Shown: one piece after another, positions 57,654 to 64,000 of the stretch
How the letters are laid out: each line of letters opens with the position of its first letter
Numbering within the stretch: position 1 is the first letter of the stretch
Origin: Ascidiella aspersa
Taxonomy: Eukaryota
DNA length: 64,000 nt
Reading direction: 5' to 3'
Assembly: GCA_963924565.1 (NCBI GenBank)
Contig: OZ004609.1
Location: 17,608,001-17,672,000 of the forward strand
Made by a program: the position numbers and the translations under genes
Notes under the pieces: generated by a model
Seen by the model: the letters and a program-made list of their open reading frames with translations, nothing else
The model's database searches: none
What the model was told of the DNA's origin: nothing

Positions 57654-58175
57654 CAGTGGTCGGCAAAATGTGGGCCGCAGAGTAAAGATGTCGATCGCGC
57701 AGCGTATGCGGCCGCTTGCGCGGTTTGGTCAAATTACCGCACAGCGCCGCGTAATAATTAAGTCTAAGCATTTTGCCGCGACAATTAAGTAAAAACACAA
57801 CTTTGTCGTGCCTCATACCGCGAATGTTGTTGTTTTAGTTAATTGAAGTGAAATAGGAAGCAGTTTACACATGGATGTTTCATCAATAAAAAGTAAGCTT
57901 TTGTCCGTACCTTTATGTTTGAACTATCTTTTTAGGTGTTTGTAATGGTGTAGGAATATATTGCTTATAGTGTTCAAATTTTGCAGTTCAGCGCTGCTTA
58001 AGATTTCGAAAATAATTTGCGGTGCAGCGCAGCTTGCGAACAACTTATTAAATTGCGGGACGGGCAGCGAACACAAATTTTAGATTTTCACCATCTATAC
58101 CGCAGAGTTTTTTAAGTGGGCCGCGGGCTGTTTTTTAATTTTTTGTTTCATCATGTAGTTGTGGGCCGCGTGAAT
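57654..58175. mobile_element. hAT-type MITE left portion (right TIR not found)
   Basis: CAGTGGTCGGCAAA terminus after ctatagga; repeated GTGGGCCGC subterminal motifs. Confidence 0.6.
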
Positions 58176-58514
58176 GCTGTGCATATATTGTATTGTTATT
58201 GGCCAAAGAGATTATTATAATCTCTTTGATTTGGCTGAGTGTTGCTAACAATTTGTCTCACCGTGGTTCAGACCCGCGTGGTAAACTTTGAGGGCCTGTC
58301 AACTATATTTTTCAACTTTAATTATATGTAAACGCAATTTTTTTCGCGAATCGTGCGTATATTATCGTTTTGTAGTATGTTTTACATTATTGCGTGCAGT
58401 GTTTTCGGCATCAAGGCGCCATGTCAAATTTCACCCTTTCTCGGTGTCAACAGCCTGTGTGGACTTAGACTCCCTTCAAAATACAATTTTTACCTTCAAC
58501 ATTTACCATAGTTT

Positions 58515-58599
58515 ACGGTGGTCCAAACCTAGGCCCGCGGGCTACATGTGGTGCAAGAAATATTGTGGCCCTCAATGCTGTCAACCTTGGATCACCCTG
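58515..58599. mobile_element. Short hAT-type MITE remnant; same family end at about 48815-48858
   Basis: aaatattgtggccc...ctgtcaaccttgga...cctg shared between the two sites. Confidence 0.6.
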
Positions 58600-58796
58600 A
58601 CCTACTTAATGTATTCTTTTTATTCAAATTTGTAATATTGCTATTGTATCGTAAGTAGCACTTATCCAAATTTTACTACAAGATTAACATAATGTAGCCT
58701 ATTGCTTATTTGTTTCGTTCGAACTTTTTGCGTGATTGCGGCTGCCGCCATTCAGCTGTGGAGATGATATAGTGTTAATCTTTTATGCGCCTAAGG

Positions 58797-60466
58797 CAGT
58801 GTTTCCCAACCTTTTTTATACTAGTGCCCCCTTGGGCTTCATATTATTTCATATCGCCCCCCCCCCCCCTAAATTATTGACGTATAGGTAGATAACTTAA
58901 AAAATTAAGGCATATAATTTACATACAACAATAATTGCGTTAAGGTATACACTGGTGCAGTCTGCGCTACCGCAATTAAAATGGCTGACGATTCAATATA
59001 ATTTTGTTTCATGCATATACTAAAACATAACACAACACTGCGGATAATTTAACTTGATAATGCAATCTAGTTTTATCGTTAGCTCAACATAAAAGATTGC
59101 TTGCGCTGGTCTAGAATATTACTACGCAATCTTTTTTCACTTGCGGCACACCAACAGAGAGAAAACAATAAAGCGAATGATGATTGAGCGCGCCGGAGGC
59201 TCCGAAAATTTAATCTATTTAATCTATTTGTTTTCTGATATCGCGGATTTGAAGACCCTCTAAAATTTCTTAAGCCGGCCAAAGTTCTACAAAACTGTAG
59301 CCTACCCCCTTGTAATAGCTGATTATTAGGGCAAATATTTTTTGACTTGTCAAAAGAAGTCAAAATCTACACGTTAGGTCAAAATTTGTCAAATTTTTTT
59401 TATCAAAAGTCGTTTAAAAAAAAAATAGTTTTGATTTATATTCAAAGTCTTTTCAACCGTATTAATCTTCATTAGACCAATATACGTTATAAAAAACGTG
59501 TGAATAACGACGCCTAAGTTATTTAAATCAATTTATTTCTAACAGATAAACATTTTGTCAAAACAAATTATTTTTAGGTCAAAATTTGACAATTTTTTTA
59601 TTTTTCAGGTCAAAATTTCTTAATTTTTAGGTCAAAAAATATTCGCCCAACTGATTATATAACAGAAGGCTTTTAATAGCATTCGAAAAATGAAACCTGG
59701 CCCTGGTGTTTTTTTATTTTTTGGCATAATTTATTATTCGAAACAGCTGCCAAGGCTAGTTGCACAATAATGCCAATAGTATATTTACGACTGTTGTATT
59801 TTATGGGTTTTGAGCGTATGGTTAATCTTGACATTGGTGTAAAATTTCGAATATTTGTTGTCAATGAAAAAAATATTTTGATATTTGATTTCCGGTGATA
59901 GAAGATAACAGGTTTCAAAAAGTTTTAAATATTATGGAAAGTTCAGAAAATTACACCTGGGGATTATCGCATAATATTAAAACGGCCTTGATATGCTATA
60001 CCTACGTTAATTCAATTGATTATTAAACAGTACCCTTACAAATAACAAGTAACACAACCTCCGGGAACGTCGCGGCATATCTGACATGGTTACGCGGCAC
60101 ATCTGTTGCGGAGCACTGGAAATTTCTGCACCAAGACTTTAAATAAAGAAAACAATTTTGCGGCGTATAAAATGGTGAAACGCAACAACAACCAACAACC
60201 TTACAAGAAAGCCAATTATTACGTCAGAAGTTAACAATGGTTGGAAAACTTCTTCAAGTTCGCAGTACGAAAGTTGCCATTTAAGCCTAAATGTTACATA
60301 GGGTATTACAGTGCTGTTTGTTACGATTTATTTAAACTGTTTATAAAATGTTACGTAACGCCCCTTTATGTGCGTTCAGCGCCCCCCAAATAAGACAAAA
60401 ACTTAAAACGCCCCCTTGTAACTTGCCAAAGCCCACGGGCGGTACCGCCCACGTTGGGAACCTCTG
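58797..60466. mobile_element. hAT (Buster/Charlie-type) non-autonomous element, 1670 bp, containing nested insertions
   Basis: TIR CAGTGTTTCCCAAC / GTTGGGAACCTCTG; TSD gcctaagg/gtctaagg; GCCCCC subterminal motifs. Confidence 0.82.
59327..59650. mobile_element. Nested hAT (Ac-type) MITE, 324 bp
   Basis: 20-bp TIR TAGGGCAAATATTTTTTGAC / GTCAAAAAATATTCGCCCAA; perfect 8-bp TSD CTGATTAT; internal GTCAAAA repeats. Confidence 0.9.
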
Positions 60467-61526
60467 GTCTAAGGTAAACGTTTCGCCATCTGGATTTTAG
60501 CTTCATGCTTGCGCACGAGTTCGTTTAATACAAAAGGTAGAAAAAAAAAGTTTCATGACGTACCTTTATGACGTCATTCTAATGCCTCCGACTCAAAACA
60601 AATATCTTGGATCCGCCCTGTTTTGTAGTTGTTTTACGTAGTGGGCCTTCAGTGGCTTCAAAATGAGTATTTTGGGCAGCGACAAACCAACTGTAGGCCT
60701 GCTAGGATATACGAAACTAAACGCAAAATCATAATGTCGACTTGTAAAAAGTGATAGAAAAAAATGTAATGTCGTGCTTCTGTCTTGAATACCTATTCAT
60801 ATTTTAAAAGTCTTGTTTTAATGACAAAATTTACTGCGATTTAATATGTTGTTTTGGAAATTGCGATATTTATATACGAGGCAAACATTCATTTTAATTT
60901 TAAAGAACTATAACCCTTGATAACATTAGAATAATAAAGCATTTCAATACAGCACTGATCAGAAGTATCGTTTTAAGCCTTAAGGTTAATGTTTGAAGTT
61001 CGAACTAAAGTATAATATTACTTTAAATTCTTAGAAATTATGAAAAAATTGACTTGGAATCTAACAAAAAATGGATGTTTTAGTTTATTGTTTCCAACCG
61101 TGAGTTTAGAACCTAACAGTTAGCGTGGCACATGTATAGATGGTTTACCATTTTTTCCCCTACGTTTCTGCGTAAGCATTTGCTATGACTAGACTTTCAA
61201 TGTAGGAATACCATTTTTTGGTTTAATTTAATTGGTCTAATTAAGTTTGTTGATTTGTACCTACCATATTTTTCCACAAAGATTTCAAGCAACCCAAACA
61301 ACGATAGGATATTGACAATTTGCATTCCGGCAAGAAAGAAATTCGAATATATAGGATTGCGAGGTAATTGCGTGGGGATTTTATTTTAATTTTTGCATAA
61401 GTCATAGGTGTAAACCTTAAATAAATATATCTGTGTGTATTTACAGGTATATCAAATGTCACCGTGAAGTCCATTGACAAACCTGCTCTGAAGTTACCAT
61501 TCGAACCGTTCCTGTTACCTGCTGCC

Positions 61527-63956
61527 ATGGTTGTGTTTCTTCAAACAGGAATCCCGACCAAAGGACCACGCGTGCGTTTGATCATCGCCCCCGACATGTT
61601 TGAAATATTCCTTGCTCACTTTGAAAGGAACGTCTCGACCAAGGCTAATGCTCTTCTAACTAAACTGAGGCAGCGTAGGGCACAGGATATCTTAATCCCA
61701 TCACCGGATAGCAGCCAAAATATCCAGGCCGTATCTAAAACACCGCAGCAGGTCTTCATTCACTGCACGATTCAACCTTACAAATCGTCCATGAAACGTC
61801 CAATTACCCAAACCTGCTCAACCCAGACGGTCAACGCGATAAGGACACACGTCTCTATTCAGACTAAATCGTTGAAATCCCTATCCGTCGCCAGTCAAAC
61901 CTTGCAGTTTGTTGCAACGCCAATTCCAACGCAGACCATCAGAAAATGTTTTATTCCCACCCGCATCCAAACCGTAAATCCGATTCTCAAGTAAATTCAA
62001 ACCCAAACTTCCCAATCCGTTGTTAAACCCGCATCCACACAGACTTCTACTTCGAAAACCGCCCCTACTTCCACCCAAACTGGTGGACAGGTTTCGAAAA
62101 GTTTAAAGTCACTTGTTGTGTCCACTTCAACTCAGACCTTCCAACATCAAATGATCTCAGCGTCAATGTCTACACAGACTTCCAAAAGTGCTGCTATGAC
62201 TCTTTACACCCAGACTGTAGAACTTGACAGCTCGCCTGTAAGCACACAAACAACAACTCAAACTCAGCCGAGTGATCAACCTACATCGGACACTGGAACC
62301 CTAAAAAAACGACAAAGCGCAACCACATTCACTCAAACCATTTTTGGAACTGTTCGAATGTTGCCGGCGCGAAAACCCAGGTCGAGTTTTAACAAAGGAA
62401 CACAAACTGCTACTCTTCCAGCAAGGGCTGGTCAAAGAAGTTCGAAAAAAGCAAATAAAACTGATAACTTTTTCCGTAGTAGCAAAACGACTGCGCCCAG
62501 TACTTCGTAAGTCCCATATTGTCGTCACGAATATTGGCTTCAGGAATGGTCCAAAAGGAAGCACCATTTTGTAAAAATTCCAAAATTCAGCAATGACGAT
62601 ATTATTAAAGCAATTACCAAATTGCCGATTGAGGAAAGTGTTAAAACAACTCCCACCGAAGAAGATTGGGAGCGCTACTACCAAGAGGAGTTGGCGAAAC
62701 AGGCGAAAGAGGACGCACAACGACTGGCAAAGAGGGCAGATTGCAAAAGACAGGACATAAATTTATTTCGTTCAAATCCCGGAGACACAACGAGCAAAGA
62801 TATACTGCTTGTGGTTGATGACATTATGAAAGCTATTAATCAACTACCAAAGGAGAAAAGCGTTCGCCAGTCTCCCACTGAAGAAGACTGGGAGCGGTAC
62901 TACCAAGAGGAGTTGGTGGAACAGGCGAAAGAGGATGCACAGCGGCTGGCGAAGAAGGCAAGATCTAAAAAATCCACAGAAGATAGATCTATTGTTTCGT
63001 CAAATCTTGCGGAGACAGCCAAGACAAAAAAACTTGCTGCTGCTGGATCTCACTCCAAACTGTGGACACCAAACACAATTAAGAGAGTGATAAAAGTGAG
63101 TCTCAGTTGTCAGCTGCCAGCTCTCACAAAGCACCCAGTGGTTCTACTTCTAAACTTTGTCCACCAACTTGCACCACACAAAGTTGATTCTTCCTCGAAA
63201 CCTGGTGCGCCAATCAATCACAAGGCTCAAATTGTGGTAAAGAACCAGTCAAAACTGCGACAGCCAAGCAAGTTAGAATGATCGGTGTCCAAGCGTTGTG
63301 GACCCAATCATCAGATTACACCGAAAGACTTGTGTGCTGCGCTTAAAATGGTGCCCAAAATTACGCCGACTCCAATTTCTGAGTCTCCAACTTTCCATGA
63401 TATACCAAAACTGGATAAGAAAAAAGTGGAAGATTGGATGGCAAACATGCAAAGAGCCTTGACAAGGGAGAAGTTGTTCAAGATCCAGGATGACCCTGAG
63501 CATCGCTGCACCTCATCCTCGGTCGTCGGCAAGATGAGGAAGCCGACAAGGATGCGGAAGAGAATCTTGAAAGAGGTTGATTTCCTGGATAAAATAAAGG
63601 AACTGGCGAAACCTTTTAACCTTGTCCCGTGCGTTTTCGGTGGTGCACGGCGATTAGGGAAAATAAAGGTAAAACATTCACTCATTAGTGCTAATTCAAT
63701 ATTGTATGGCATTAAACTCTTCTTTGATTTTCAGTCAGACGATGTCAGCTTTTTCAATCTGGTGCCACAACTGCTGGATTTTGTTGACGAGTTTACAGAC
63801 GACCTGCCACTGATTACAAACGAAGATATCCGTCAGTTGTGCGGTCGAACCCCGCACCTATACAGGTTGACTGACCAAGAGGAACAGAAGGTGGAAGCTT
63901 GGCTGCACACTTGCAACATCCCCAACCAGTTGCAAGTCAATCCACTCTTGTTTTGA
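61527..63956 (+). pseudogene. Single ~810-codon frame of unknown family with TQT-motif array and internal duplication, interrupted by three in-frame stops
   Basis: ORFs 61464, 62118, 62622 and 63285 share one frame and the gaps between them translate without further stops; GCCATGG start context at 61527; stops at 61992, 62508 and 63279. Confidence 0.7.
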
Positions 63957-64000
63957 GTGATCTTGAGATATTTCTCTAAAGACAATTTGATCACACGGAT

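Overview
This is AT-rich metazoan genomic DNA with short GT-AG introns. It is probably an invertebrate chordate such as an ascidian, inferred from chordate-type Scribble motifs and the repeat landscape but not proven. About 45 kb is one minus-strand Scribble gene (LRR-LAPSD-4xPDZ-tail). I assembled 39 coding exons by hand from ATG 45591 to 687, and the gene continues past the window start. A 4-exon SRSF7/9G8-type SR splicing-factor gene (49011-53501, +) lies head-to-head with it. Introns and spacers hold a 3.2-kb 24-bp minisatellite, several hAT and Mutator-type MITEs (some nested), a foldback element and a decayed LINE RT. Notable observations: (1) an 804-nt exon in the 12-kb post-PDZ4 intron encodes a myristoylation motif plus a MARCKS-like basic segment and splices in frame to the Scribble tail; (2) nine consecutive phase 0-0 tail exons, four of them with SADH-like motifs; (3) a candidate poison exon in the SR gene; (4) a ~810-codon reading frame at the window end with 13 TQT (LC8-type) motifs, broken only by in-frame stops. 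All exon boundaries come from manual reading with no transcript evidence.
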